This document shows, piece after piece, positions 50,943 to 63,760 of a stretch of 64,000 nt of DNA (positions are counted from its first letter, which is position 1; each line of letters begins with the position of its first letter). Where the stretch lies: contig NC_043000.1 in NCBI RefSeq assembly GCF_006345805.1, positions 46,252,001 to 46,316,000 of the forward strand, read 5' to 3'. The stretch comes from Octopus sinensis. Lineage: Eukaryota. The notes beneath the pieces were generated by a model. The model worked only from the letters and a program-made list of their open reading frames with translations. It searched no databases and was not told where the DNA came from. The translations under genes were made by a program, and so were the position numbers.

Positions 50943-51578
50943 CTAGCAGTATCGCCCGGCGTTGCTCGGGTTTGTAAGGGAAATAACTATATAAGCATTT
51001 TTAGAGAGTTATAGCCAAAAAATAGCAAAAAATGCATTAAAAATGGAAAAAATATGATGGTAATTTTTTTTTTAAATCGTTGACTCATCGTAGACATTTT
51101 TAGAGAGTTACTTCCCTTATATAATAGCGAAAAAATGCATTAAAATGGAAAAAAAACGATGGTAATTTTTTTTTTAAATCGTAGACTCATGTAGACGCTT
51201 TCTTAGCCATTTCTGTTTTGGTGTCTTCAAGCCATGAAGTCGTTGTTCTAAAAGAACACTGGTCTCCTTGACAACGCATTACGACGTTGATTTCCTTACA
51301 CTCCCTTCCCCACAGGTGCAGGTGTGAGCGTGGACGCCAACTCCGCCGCCATCGACACACGAAAAATTATGCATTAAAATGGAATAAAAAATGATGTTAA
51401 ATTATTTTTAAATCGTAGACTCATCGTAGACGCGCGCTAATATTCAGACGGGCTCGATATGAATCACGACTATAAGCTACCCGAATTTGGTTAAACTGTA
51501 CCGCAAAATGTGGGAGTAGTTAGGAATCTAAATCGAAGGGGACAGACACTCACACAACTACAGTTTTATATATATAGA
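50943..51578 (-). mobile_element. Non-autonomous Helitron, little diverged
   Basis: Minus strand starts A|TCTATATATATAAAA and ends with hairpin CCCGAGCAACGCCGGG then CTAG|T; A|T target; three internal ~70-100-bp subrepeats. Confidence 0.85.
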
Positions 51579-51579
51579 T

Positions 51580-51975
51580 ATACATAGTGCAGTAGTGGTG
51601 AGATATGACAGCAAAGAAAAGCATACATTCACTCTCTGCATGCAATTAGACTCGGAAAGTTCGTGAGGAACCCATTGACCCAATTTGCTGACTTTTCCGA
51701 TAGCACACAGGTGTCAATGAATGGTTGAATGACCAAATCCAAGCTTCTCTGCTAGTTCCTCAACAGTTACGATGATATTTTATTCCACCAGGGTTTTCAG
51801 GATGTCCTTGTCGAGTTCTACAGATCTTTCAGGATGAGGCTCGTCTTCTAGGCTGTAGTTTATGGCTCGGGATTTCTGGAACCACCATTGACACTGCCTT
51901 ACGCTTATTGTCCAATCCCCATATACTGCATTAATATTTCTTGTACTTTGCACACATTTATATTCTGTTATTCTT
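51580..51975 (-). pseudogene. Mariner (DD34D) transposase N-terminal half
   Basis: RNINAVYGDWTISVRQCQWWFQKS...SLEDEPHPERSVELDKDILKTLVE*...EELAEKLGFGHSTIH..KVSKLGQWVPHELSE. Confidence 0.85.
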
Positions 51976-52013
51976 TTATATGTTTCAGCCTTGAGGTTGT
52001 GGCCATGCTGGAT

Positions 52014-52014
<1 letters not shown>

Positions 52015-52057
<43 letters not shown>

Positions 52058-52360
52058 TATCTGTCTGTCTGTCTGTATGTATATATGTATATGTATGTGT
52101 GTGAACAATAATATTTTCAACAGATGTGTTGCAAATGTATCTGATTGTTCTCAAGCTTCAATACTGTGTGTGTGTGTGTGTATGTGTGTGTGTGTATGTA
52201 TGTATGTATATGTATGTATGTATGTATATGTATGTATGTATGTGTGTATGTATGTATGTGTGTGTGTATGTATGTGTGTGTGTATGTGTGTGTGTATGTA
52301 TGTATGTATGTATGTATGTATGTATGTATGTATGTATGTATGTATGTATGTATGAGTGTA
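52015..52360. repeat. (TG)n/(TGTA)n compound microsatellites
   Basis: Direct reading. Confidence 0.95.
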
Positions 52361-53614
52361 TGTTTACTTTATTACTAATTACTCTCTTCCAAGAACATTT
52401 TCACTCACTCTTAGCTCTTAGCTTCCCATACATTTTACTCATGTATCTATCAGCGTCATAGACAGAATACTTTCACTTTAGTCTTCCTCAAATCACTCTG
52501 TCGCTATTTACTTTCATTTTATTCGTTGCCCACTGTGTGTGTGCGTTTGCGTGTGGTGTAAACCAGACTAAGAAAAGCATTTGACACACACACCAGAATG
52601 TGAGTTTTCTGTAAATTTTGCTTAATTGGAGTTTAAATTTTAAAAACTGGACCTGGCATGACGCGATGCATTGTACTCTCAAAAATGCTAGGTAAATTGT
52701 AATTGAAGAAATCCTATATTGTAGATTTCTATAACTCCCAAAGGGAGGCAGATAAAATCTGCCTTTTATAATAAGAGATAACTGCATGCCTCTTCATTTC
52801 TTGAGTAAGCTGAGGGTCTGCCATTATTATTTTCTGAAACAAAGATTATATAGAGTTAGCAAATAATGCAGCAGTGACCCAAAGAATGTATGTCCTCAAA
52901 TACTTTATGCACCCTGTGTATATATATATATATATAATATATATATATATATGTATGTATATACACACACACACACATGTTTATATTTATGTGTGTGTTT
53001 TTGTCTGTGTTTGTCCCACACTACCACTTGACAACTGGTATTGGCATGTTTACATCCTCACAACTTAGTAGTTTGGCAAAAGAGGCCGATAGAATAAGTA
53101 CCAGACTTTAAAAAATAGAAACCCTGGGGTCAATTTGTTCAACTAAAAACCCTTCAACATGGTGCTCCAGCATGGCTGCAGTGAAAAGACTGAAACATTT
53201 AGAAAAATAGAAGAATAAAAGAATGTTTATGTGTATACATATGTCTACATCAGTCAGAGTGTGGTAAAATAATTCAAATGTTTCCTTTTCTACCATAACC
53301 TACAACTTCAATCACATTCCATGACATCTTGGGCAAATGTTCTTTTTCATGGCTTTGGGTCAATCCATACCCTGCAAGTGAAATTGGGTACACAGGATCT
53401 GTATAGAAACTCATTGTGGAGCTGGGGTTATAGCTAGAATTAAAATGATATACTTTTGTCATGCTAAATATGCCTGAGAGTTATGTTAATGGTACACCTG
53501 CTTTAGGATTATTCAGCTGCTTAGACAATATTTCAAGAGTGGTTGATTGAATAACTGAATACTCATTACCAAGCAATAGCAAATCACCTGCATGTGTGCC
53601 TGTATCTTTTAATA

Positions 53615-53841
53615 TACTCTTTTCTCTTTTACTTGTTTCAGTCATTTGACTGCAGCCATGCTGGAGCACTGCCTTTATAGTCAAGTAAATCGACCCCAGA
53701 GCTTATTCTTTGTAATCCCAGTACTTATTCTATAGGTCTCTTTTGCTGAACTGCTAAGTTATGGGGGTGTAAACGCACCAGCATTGGTTGTCAAGCAATG
53801 CTGGGGGGACAAACAGACGCACAAACATATACACACACATG

Positions 53842-53875
<34 letters not shown>

Positions 53876-54047
53876 CTTATACAATGGACTTCTCTCAGTT
53901 TCTGTCTACCAAATCCACTTACAAAGCTTTGGTCTGCCCAAGGCTATAGTAGAAGATACTTGCCCAAGGTGCAATGCAATGGAACTGAACCTGGGACCAT
54001 GTGGTTGGTAAGCAAGCTACTTACCACACATCCACTCCTGCGCCTGT
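53615..54047 (-). mobile_element. SINE family A, complete
   Basis: Reverse complement of 38107-38509. Confidence 0.88.
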
Positions 54048-54904
54048 ATAAGTAAATTTATGTGAATCTTATGTTTATATTTTACACATATGCGCATTTA
54101 TTTATGCAGAGGATCTCAGCGTCTGCAATGTGATAAAAAAGTCCTAAATTGCAACGGAATGAATCATCAGTTCCAAAAAAATAAGTGTGTTTATGTGCAG
54201 ATGTGTGTGTACATGTGCATATGTCTACATATCTGTATATATCAGTGTAATACATGTTGAGTTGCATCTTGTTACATTGAAAGTCAAATTAGTTTAACCT
54301 TAGAAAAACAATAAACTAACTGACATATTTAATGGGAATTAATGCGGTCAACTAAATTTCATGCAGGTAGTGCCCCAGCTTGGACATGAAACGGAAATTA
54401 CTAAAGTATTAAGAAGAGTACATGCTTAATATTTATCAAAGAGTGCAAACTGTTCTTACAATTACCATTAAAATTAAATTACTATAAAATTAAATGACTG
54501 TCAATATCCACTGGAAGACTTTTAAACTTTTAATCTATTAATTGAATTTAAATAAATGTCTGAGGTTAACTCATAATGGATAATTAAAACATTTTCCCAA
54601 AATAAAATTTTTGTTAGTGATACAGAGTCGTCTTCTAAATATTAAATACATTAACACAGGAAAATACCATGTTGAAATTTAAATTTTTCTTTAATGGTAT
54701 AATAGAAGGTTAATTCTTTTGGTTGTCTTGAATATTTGTATATCAATAAAGTAACAGATTTAACAAATGAAAATACTGACAGCTAATTACTAAAACATTA
54801 ATTAGCAGTAATAGTTGCTGCTGCTTAGCCCCAGTTCTGCCCTAATACATCAAACTTATGATCAAAAGCTCTCCAAGTGTATCTTAGAGTGCATTATTTA
54901 TAGA

Positions 54905-55125
54905 GTCTAAGGTGGTGAGCAGGCAAAATCATTAGCACACCAGGTAAAATGCTTTGTGGCATTTCATCCACCATTACATTCTGTGTTCAAATTTTGATGA
55001 GGTCGGCTTTGCTTTTCATCCTTTTGGGGTCAATAAATTAAGTACCAGTGAAACACTGGGGTTGATGTAATTAACTAGTCTCATCCCCACCCCAAATGTC
55101 AGGCTTTGTGCCTTTTATAAAAGAG
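54905..55125 (+). mobile_element. SINE family B copy
   Basis: AAGGTGGTGAGCAGGCAAAATC...GCTTTTCATCCTTTTGGGGTCAATAAATTAAGTACCAG. Confidence 0.8.
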
Positions 55126-57385
55126 ATTATTCAATGAGTTCTTTTTAAAAGATGGCAGGGTTTGATTTCTGACTAGTTTTGTTGGGAGACCATGTTGAAC
55201 CTTTAAATTTGATCTGAATAGAAAAGTATCTTGATAAACATGATATTTCATGTATGATAATTGGTCACTGATAGCCAAGATATCTCAGGGAAAAAAAAGC
55301 ACTAACTGACAGGCAATCAAGAAATATCTTTCCACAAAATGATTAAATGCTTTGAAAATGTTTTAGCACTGGAAAATCTCAGTGTATGCAATGTTGCTGA
55401 CAGTTTTTCAACTGTGCCTTAAATCTGCAGTACTCTGTAGGGTTCTTTACAGAGTTACATTTAATTCTCCTGTGATGGCAAGAGAGCAAATGGTAAGGCA
55501 AAATATTTTTCAAAATCATTACAAATTTGCATAAACATGATGCACACACATGCAATATTATTCTAAAACAAATATACTGGTTCATTGGATCCTGTAAAAA
55601 CATCCAATCCATGCCAGCATAGACGATGAACATTAAATGATGATGATGATGAAGATCATGCTGATATTGGTACTGGCGTTGGTGGTGGTGATGTTGGTGG
55701 CAACAGTGATGATGAGAATAATGATGATGAGTTAAATAAGCCGCATAGTCACTGATGAAATCTGAATTAAAGAATTGAAATTGATCAATTCTTAACTGCT
55801 TTTCAGTCTGTGAAGATGTTGCATATAGATGAGTTGTTCTATAGAGTGTTAGCTATAAATATCTTCAGATATACTCTATAGCTAGAGCAACAACAAGCAA
55901 TAAAATCAAAATTAACAAAGGTTCTACATGAAGCTAGTTCAACAGGCCAGTTAGAATTTTCTGATCAAAAGGGAATGAAAATGTAAAAATTGCTTGGAAC
56001 ACAGCAAACGACATTTTTCAAGTTTTATTTGGTGTTGCTGTTGTTGTTGTTGTTGTTGTTAAGCAACAAGACGGGTAAGGGAAATTAGGTGATGGTCTAG
56101 GGCTTAGGGGCGGGAGACCCTAGACTTTGGAGAAAAAAGAAACTTTGGTCATCTTGTTGTAGTCGAGGGCTCTTCGTTGACACCCGATACTACTGGGAGG
56201 TAGCCCTCAAAGTCACTGGAAATGATGATCTCCAGGTCCAAATTCTTGAACAGCATTTGGTGTTGCTGTTTCTGTTGCTGCTGTGTAACTCCATGTAATT
56301 CCTTTTGAAGCGAACTTAATCCAGTTGCTAGTTGTTATCATCACCAGATAAATAAATTCATGGACAGTTTGTTTTAAAGCTACATAACTTGCAACTAATT
56401 TTTTGCAATATTCTGCTAAGTAAATTTTCATTTAAATTGTTCTGCAATTAAGAATTTGATTCTATTCTATTTTTCTACATTTTCAAATTTTAAACTACTA
56501 CATTTTCTTAGCTTATTATTTGTTGGTTTCATAACATATTCCTAAAATATAAAAAAGAAAAACATTGTAAAGTATAAAATATCTGCTCTCAAATAGTAAA
56601 TTTTGAAAAACATTTTTCTAACATCTAAAATGGTTTTCTTCTGAATTTGTCATTGAAAAGAATTTTTGATATTAGTTAATACATTAGGAAGTGCTTATTC
56701 ATGCTGCTTATTTGCGAATTCTTTAAAAATTCTATTGTATGTGCAAAGGCCTAGACTGCTTATTTTACTGTTAAGACTTACGGATTTGCAAAAGCAAATA
56801 AGCCACAAGATCTAAAGAGTTAATGGTCATATACCGTAATTGCTAAGAATAAGAAAAGATTAAGGTTTTTAGTTTAATGTCTAGCCAAGAGAGATTGGTG
56901 TCTTCAAACACCACAGCACTAATACGAAAATTGATAAAAAGAAAATGGTTTCTATAGAGCTAGTGTTGTCCACTTAATTTATTGCTGTTACACAAACAAT
57001 ATGAATGGGAATTTATTCAAGTAATTACCCAGTCAAGTTCTTTGCTCAAAATAGTGTACAATAGTTTTGTTGAACTCTTGATCCAGCTGTTAATAATAGG
57101 GGTTGTTTTTGAAATTTCAAGACTTAATTCTATGAAGAATTTTGGAGACAAGAAAACTGAAATATTAACTGAAGAGCAACTTATTCATATGTTAAATTTA
57201 TAGGAAGGAACAAAAAAAAAAACTGATGAAAGAGAAAAAGAAAAAAAAGAAAAAATAATTATCCATTGTTCTTACACTAATGTCATTGCATGAAGATAAA
57301 ACAAAATTGGATACTAAATAAGCAAATATTAAAATGTTGGCAGATTCTTTTAGTCGTTATGAGTTAATACCTTCTCTTTATTCAG

Positions 57386-57474
57386 TTAATGGTAACAAGC
57401 ACGAGATGATGAAAGTTTTGTTATCTTTGGTTGAGATTTTTGAAGAGCTTAAAGACAAGACTGACATCTTGTAA
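57386..57474 (+). CDS. Candidate terminal exon (VNGNKHEMMKVLLSLVEIFEELKDKTDIL*)
   Basis: Acceptor CCTTCTCTTTATTCAG, phase 1; the frame is also open upstream to an alternative AG at 57343. Confidence 0.3.
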
Positions 57475-59204
57475 CAAGCTATCTTCAATATTATTGATTA
57501 ACAGACAAAACCTTTTCTTTCTTGATTACATTTCAATGCATTATTTTTAAAATGAACTTCAGAATGACATCATACGGCCAAATAATAAGTCCTTGAAAAT
57601 TAATGTTATATAGAAAATGCAAAACTTTTGCTTTCATGTTAAACTTTTTGACAGATTTTAAAACCAATTTTTATTCTTGTGTTTCATTTGTATTTGATTC
57701 CACTTTACTTTACATTTATTCCCAAGAGACAGAAATTAAGTCACTGGAAATAACAACTTGTCCTTAACAACAAAACTGCTTAGCCGTCCATTTTATTCAT
57801 AAACCACTTGAATGCAAATTTGTAGATGACTGTATCTTTCATATTTTTGACCTTTGTGTAAATTAAGATATAAAGATAACTCAAGATAAATGATTTGTTA
57901 TTAGTCATGTAAAGTTTAGAATGATTTACAACAGTTCATTTATTTATAAGTATATCTAATTCTATAGTGAAATTTTCAGCTGATTCACTATAACTTGGTC
58001 AAAGAAGATGTCTTACTTCCAAGTGCAGAATAAGTGGTTGTCTCAAGAGGAATTAACAACAAGAATGTAAAGTCAGCTCCAAGATATCAGGATGGATGGA
58101 CTACTTAATCTTAAATTTCTCTTCTATCTTTTAACAACTAAAAAAAGAAAAGGAATTAAAAATATCACTTATCATTAGATATTAGAGCCAGGTTGATATT
58201 ATACCTGAAGTGTACTGTTTTGTTTAAAAAAAAAGTTTGATAATTTCATTGATTTTGGAATTAGAATTAATTTCATTTCCCAACATAAGTGAATATTTTG
58301 AAGACCAGCAAACAAGGGCAAAGGTTATACTTCCAGTAATGAGGGCTACAAAGCCATACAAATATTCAGAGTTGTCTCCCTTGCTTGTCCAAATACTAAC
58401 GTTAGCAAACTATTAATGCTTTTCTCCTAATTTTTGCATGCAACCCAACTATAACTATTGATTGGTTATAGCAACAGAAGCCAGCTGCATAAATAATTGC
58501 TACAAGATATAAATTATTCCCCCTATCAGAGTATGACAAAATGTTCATAAAACAATGCAAAATATTTTAGGCATGCATTGAATCCAGTAAGCCAAAATAA
58601 AATGTAGACCTGACTGATACTGAAATAAATTCTTGAAATCAACTACAATTTATTAAACTATTATCCTCATCTTCAAGGATGAAAATTTGCTATAATATTA
58701 ATATCTACATAATGTTTCAATTAGTTAATCTCCAGTCATCATCAGGTATCTAGGAACATTCATCAGTGATATAGTTAAGTAGCATGCTTATTATCTTACA
58801 TTAGAAATAAAGTTCATAGTTCATTTTCAGCCTAGTATTATGTGCATAGCGAGGAATAACACCTAATGACAATCATATATTAAACTAATGCCAGTTAAGT
58901 TTAGTGGTGAATATAAATAAGAGACATGCTTCATTTCTGAAGAAGAAGTTAATAATGTGAAAAATGATAGCCATACTGTATTTACTTATGTATAAATCAC
59001 ACTATTTTATACTTGGTTTTAACCGAAAAAACTAGTTTGATTTATAAACGTGGCTAAGCAAAGAAATTATGAATAAGAAAATTTTTTGTATCAAGATTTG
59101 ACACTAAATTTAGAGTGTGATTTAGTAACAAGTGTATCACATGAACAAATACAGTCTTCCTCTTCATCTTCTTCTTCATCATCATCATCATCGTCGTTGT
59201 TGTT

Positions 59205-59420
59205 GACATCATCATCATCTTCATTATCATTTTATGCCTGTTTTCCAAGCTGACATGGGTTGGACAGTTTGACTAGAGCTGGTAAGCAGGAGAGCTGATT
59301 TTGGCTTGGTATCTACAGTTGGATGCCCTTCCTAATGCTAACCACTTTACAGGGTGTGCTGGGTGCCTTTTATGTAACACTGGTGCAGGTGCTTTCATAT
59401 GGTGCTGGCATGGGTGCGTT
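59205..59420 (-). mobile_element. RTE 3' tail fragment next to (CAT)n
   Basis: CATGGGTTGGACAG...GGATGCCCTTCCTAATGC motif. Confidence 0.7.
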
Positions 59421-60639
59421 GAACATGACCTGAGATATTTAAGTGTTTAATCAACTGTTTCAGTGATTCTTAAATGAAACATAGGGAGCAAATTGACAAT
59501 AAAAATTATTCACTGATAAGAAAGGCAATAGCTTTGTAATTAAGGTGTTGCTCTCATGATCCTCAGATCATGGGTTTGATTCCCAGACAAAGTGACATGT
59601 TGTGTTCTTGAGCAAAATACTTCATTTCACATTGCTTTAATGCTGTGTGAGGACTGGCATATCAAAGAATAGACCCAACGTTTCCTTTCCCCTGCATGTT
59701 GTAAAACTTGACTAAAAGAGGTTGAGGTATGATTTGCACTCCGACCCTGTTAAACCCTCACCAGCAATGACTATCCAAACAGACACATGGACTGGCGCGT
59801 TGTCACCTGAGTGGGGCAAAGGCATAATCTACCAGGAATAGAATGGAATCACCAACAAATGGTGGGTGCACTGATGTGCTGTTACAGCACATGCTCCCAT
59901 ACTACTGCTACAGCTGGTAACAAAAACACACCTAAAATTAACACTTGCATATGTTACATCACTAACTTAATCAGCTATGGGACAGCAACAATAAAAAAGA
60001 TATTTTTATCAATGAATGCAGTTCAGAGTGCAGCTGCATTTGTGGTTCAAATGGGTATTTAAATGTTGTTATTGTTTAACCCCATAATAAACCTGAATAA
60101 GTAAACATATGATCAAAGGCAGTTCAAATGTAAACATTCAATCTTATTTCCAAGGACATTATCTAGTGTGTCCTTCCTTTCTATGAGTATGGTTTTCAGG
60201 AAGATTTGGTTGCTACTTCCAGTAGATCAAGCTACTTCATAAAGGCTCCACAAGATAGATAACTAAGAAAGACAATATGTTCACCATACTATGGATAATC
60301 TGTGATTATCTGTTTTATATAAAGTAAAAAGAATGGTAGTTCAGCCCTGAGTAACAGAACTCTGATCAGTGACGTTCCAACATTAACAATCCATTTTCAT
60401 CAACTAAAAGAGACCATATAATCTAATTTTCACAGTTTAAGTTTTATTATCACTATTTAGTCTTTTAACATTTAAACTGGCCAAATCTGGCCCAAATATT
60501 CAGCCAGTTTTATACTAAAACTTGCCAGATCCAGACTCATACATCTACCCGGTAATCTCATTCTAAAAACTAACACTCACATCATGCTAATCCCAGAGTA
60601 TGAGATAATGCATGATTAGTTCAAAACAAAGTGAATAAA

Positions 60640-61035
60640 TAAGTGGTTGGATGAGCGGTTTGGAAGCAGACTTCAAGATCAAGAAGGGAAAAGCATGGGC
60701 AGCCTGTTACAAACTAAAGAAGGTCTGGAACTCCAAATTGCCCAAGCAAATCAAAATCAAGATGTTCATTGCAACTGTTGAATCAGTGCCATTATATATC
60801 AGCGAAACATGGATACTGACAAAGAATTTATCAAACAGATGAAATGGATGCTACACACGGATGCTTTGAATGGCCCTAAATGTGAAATGGCAGCAGCATA
60901 TGACAAATGAATGCCTTTTTGGAGATCTGCCAAAAAGTAACAAGAAGATCAGGCCAAAACAGTTGCAACTGTCTAGCCATTGTGTGCACCACTCTGAAAT
61001 GGAAACATCCAAATTAGTCTTGTGGAACCCACTTC
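60640..61035 (+). pseudogene. RTE/RTEX-clade LINE ORF fragment (post-RT region)
   Basis: KAWAACYKLKKVWNSKL..KIKMFIATVESVPLY.SETWILTK...GCYTRML*MALNVKWQQHMTN..LFGDLPK...HCVHH...SKLVLWNPLHG. Confidence 0.85.
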
Positions 61036-61129
61036 ATGGTGATGTAAGAAGTGGACTTTGTTTATAGTCACCAGGATTGAAATCCAGCCATAATAAATAA
61101 TAATAATAATAATAATAATAATGAGAATA

Positions 61130-61354
61130 ATACTCTTTACTCTCTCTTTTCCTTGTTTCAGTCACTTGACTGCAGCCATGCTGGAGCATTGCTTTTAGTC
61201 GAGGAAATTGACCCCAGTACTTTGTAAGCATAGTACTTATTCTATCGGTCTCTTTTCCCGAACCACTAAGTTACAGGGATGTAAACATACCAGCATCAGT
61301 TGTCAAGTGATGTTGGGAGCACAAACACAGACACACAAACATATACACATATAT

Positions 61355-61413
<59 letters not shown>

Positions 61414-61586
61414 TACGACGGGTTTCCGACTACCAATTTCCATCTACCAAATCCACTCACAAGGCTTTTGTCAGCCTGAGGTTATATTAGAAGACACTTA
61501 CCCTAGGTTCCATGAAGTGGGTCTGAACCTGGGACCATGTGGTTGGTAAGCAAGGTACTTACCACGCATCCACTCCTGTGCCTATA
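61130..61586 (-). mobile_element. SINE family A, complete
   Basis: Reverse complement of 38107-38509. Confidence 0.88.
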
Positions 61587-61591
61587 GGCAC

Positions 61592-61625
<34 letters not shown>

Positions 61626-61833
61626 GCAACAACATTTGACATCAAAATCAGAATGCTAAAAAGATAAGGTGACAGAGTGTGATTTGAAGATGAACAACAC
61701 AGAGGGTTCATTATTGGTTTCATGGAAGTCAACTAGACTTCAGGGAGGAAATGACCCAAGATATCTGGTACTGTGAGATCTGTCTCAAAGATTTCACCAA
61801 AGACCTGGTTTTAAGGAAATATTGCAAATAATG

Positions 61834-61873
<40 letters not shown>

Positions 61874-62184
61874 GCAATGAAAGCTTTCACTTCACTTATA
61901 TTGGACTTCTAATAAGAACACTGAATATCCCTACATATTGAGGGAATCTGCAATGGTTCCATCACAGAACATTTTTGATTTTATACAATGAGTCCATCAG
62001 TAAATTATTTCGAAACAGCTACTGAAACTGTTTTAAGAAAACAAGATTAAGTACATGTCAGTTCTGAAAAAGGTGTGACTTTTAATCTTTTAAGGTGTTT
62101 TTGTCTAATTTCTTTTACTATGCGAGAATGATTCATTTGAATATAATTGCAAGCAGCTTTTAAATTGTCTATTAAGATAAGTGC

Positions 62185-62248
62185 TTCTCTCTCACCTTCA
62201 TTCCATCCTCTTGTCTCACTCTCCTCTCTCTCTCTCTCTCCTCTCTTT

Positions 62249-62281
<33 letters not shown>

Positions 62282-62391
62282 GTCTGTCTTTCTCTTTAAA
62301 TAAGTACACAGATACACATATACACGCAATAATATATTGTGGGAAGTGAGTATACATGCATGTGTGTGAGTGTATGCATGTGTGTGTGTTG

Positions 62392-62432
<41 letters not shown>

Positions 62433-62640
62433 GTGTGCGTGTGTGTATGTACGTATATGCATATACATATATAAATATACAAATGTATATGCATATATGT
62501 ATGGCTGTTTATATGTGTGTGTTTGTATATATATATATATGTATATATATATGTGTGTGTGTATGTATATATATATATATATACACACACATATACATTT
62601 TTATGTACATACACTCACAAACATATAATTACATATGCAT
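62185..62640. repeat. Compound (CT)n/(TA)n/(TG)n microsatellite block
   Basis: Direct reading. Confidence 0.9.
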
Positions 62641-62914
62641 GTGGGCGGGTATATGCATCTGTACAGAAAAACTGTAAGATAATTTGTGCCTATTTGATTG
62701 CCTTTTGTGTATAAAGGACTTCTATTTTTTTTGTTTCAGTTCTTAATCTTAATGGTTTTTACACATGATAGAAGCTTACCGATTGCCAGAAAGAAAAATA
62801 AATGACCTTTTCATTACATTTTGACAGCCTTGTATAAGTACAGAGAGTTACTAGAAACACCAGTGGAACACTTGAAATACATACTATTGCAAAAAGTAAG
62901 AAAAACATATAATG

Positions 62915-63275
62915 ACAAGAGCACTCAGAGAGTGCAAACATCCATGAAAGCAACTTCAACGTCCTCTCAACGATTAGCTGGAGAATATCTGAAATAACTT
63001 TAAGTGGTCTCACAAACAAGAATACTAAAAATGAACCCGACCGCTCTCAAAGATTAAGTAAAAAAAAAAAATCAGAAAAATAATGCAGAATCCTTGTCTG
63101 GTACCAGATTGATCCCAAAATCTAATCAGTTTTTGCCAGTCATGAGGCCAAACATCTCTGAAAGTTTTGTCTGAATCTATCCAACAGTTCTTGAGATATC
63201 TTATCCATGGTCAAGCAAAAAACAAACAAACACGACTGAAAACAATACCTGTGCCTTCGCTAAGGCAAAGATAAT
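62915..63275 (+). mobile_element. Helentron/HINE-like non-autonomous element, near-complete copy
   Basis: ACAAGAGCACTCAGAGAGTGCAAAC start; core shared with 18830-19197; 3' GCCTTCGCTAAGGC hairpin. Confidence 0.6.
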
Positions 63276-63561
63276 AGCATACTGGATGTGAACACGCAGT
63301 TTCTTAACCATATAATACTTATTGTTAAACTTTCAAAACTACATTCTTAAGGATAGAAATGACCAAATTGAATACTTCAATTATCCATATGGGTTTTGTA
63401 TAATTAAACTATGTTACTGCATACAAGTAATGATAACTGGTAGTTGTTGCAGAATTACTGACATCTATGTGTGTGTGTGTGTGGTGTGTGTGTATGTGTG
63501 TGTGAGTATGTGTGTGTTTATATAAATATAAACACACATACACATATGTATTACATATATA

Positions 63562-63728
63562 TCATCATTATCATCATCATCGTTTAACGTCTGCTTTCCA
63601 TGCTAGCATGGGTTGGACGATTTGACTGAGGACTTGCAAACCAGATGGCTGCACCAGGCTCCAATCTGATCTGGCAGAGTTTCTAGAGCTGGATGCTCTT
63701 CCTAACGTCAGGATGCCCCTATATATAT

Positions 63729-63760
<32 letters not shown>

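Noticed and set aside
52745-52762. Palindrome GGCAGATAAAATCTGCC as a regulatory site
   Set aside because: It is too short to distinguish from chance and has no supporting context.
55825-55892. Hairpin GTTGTTCTATAGAGTGT...ATACTCTATAGCTAGAGCAAC as a pre-miRNA
   Set aside because: The stem is short, with a 4-nt bulge and a ~20-nt loop; there is no recognisable mature sequence.
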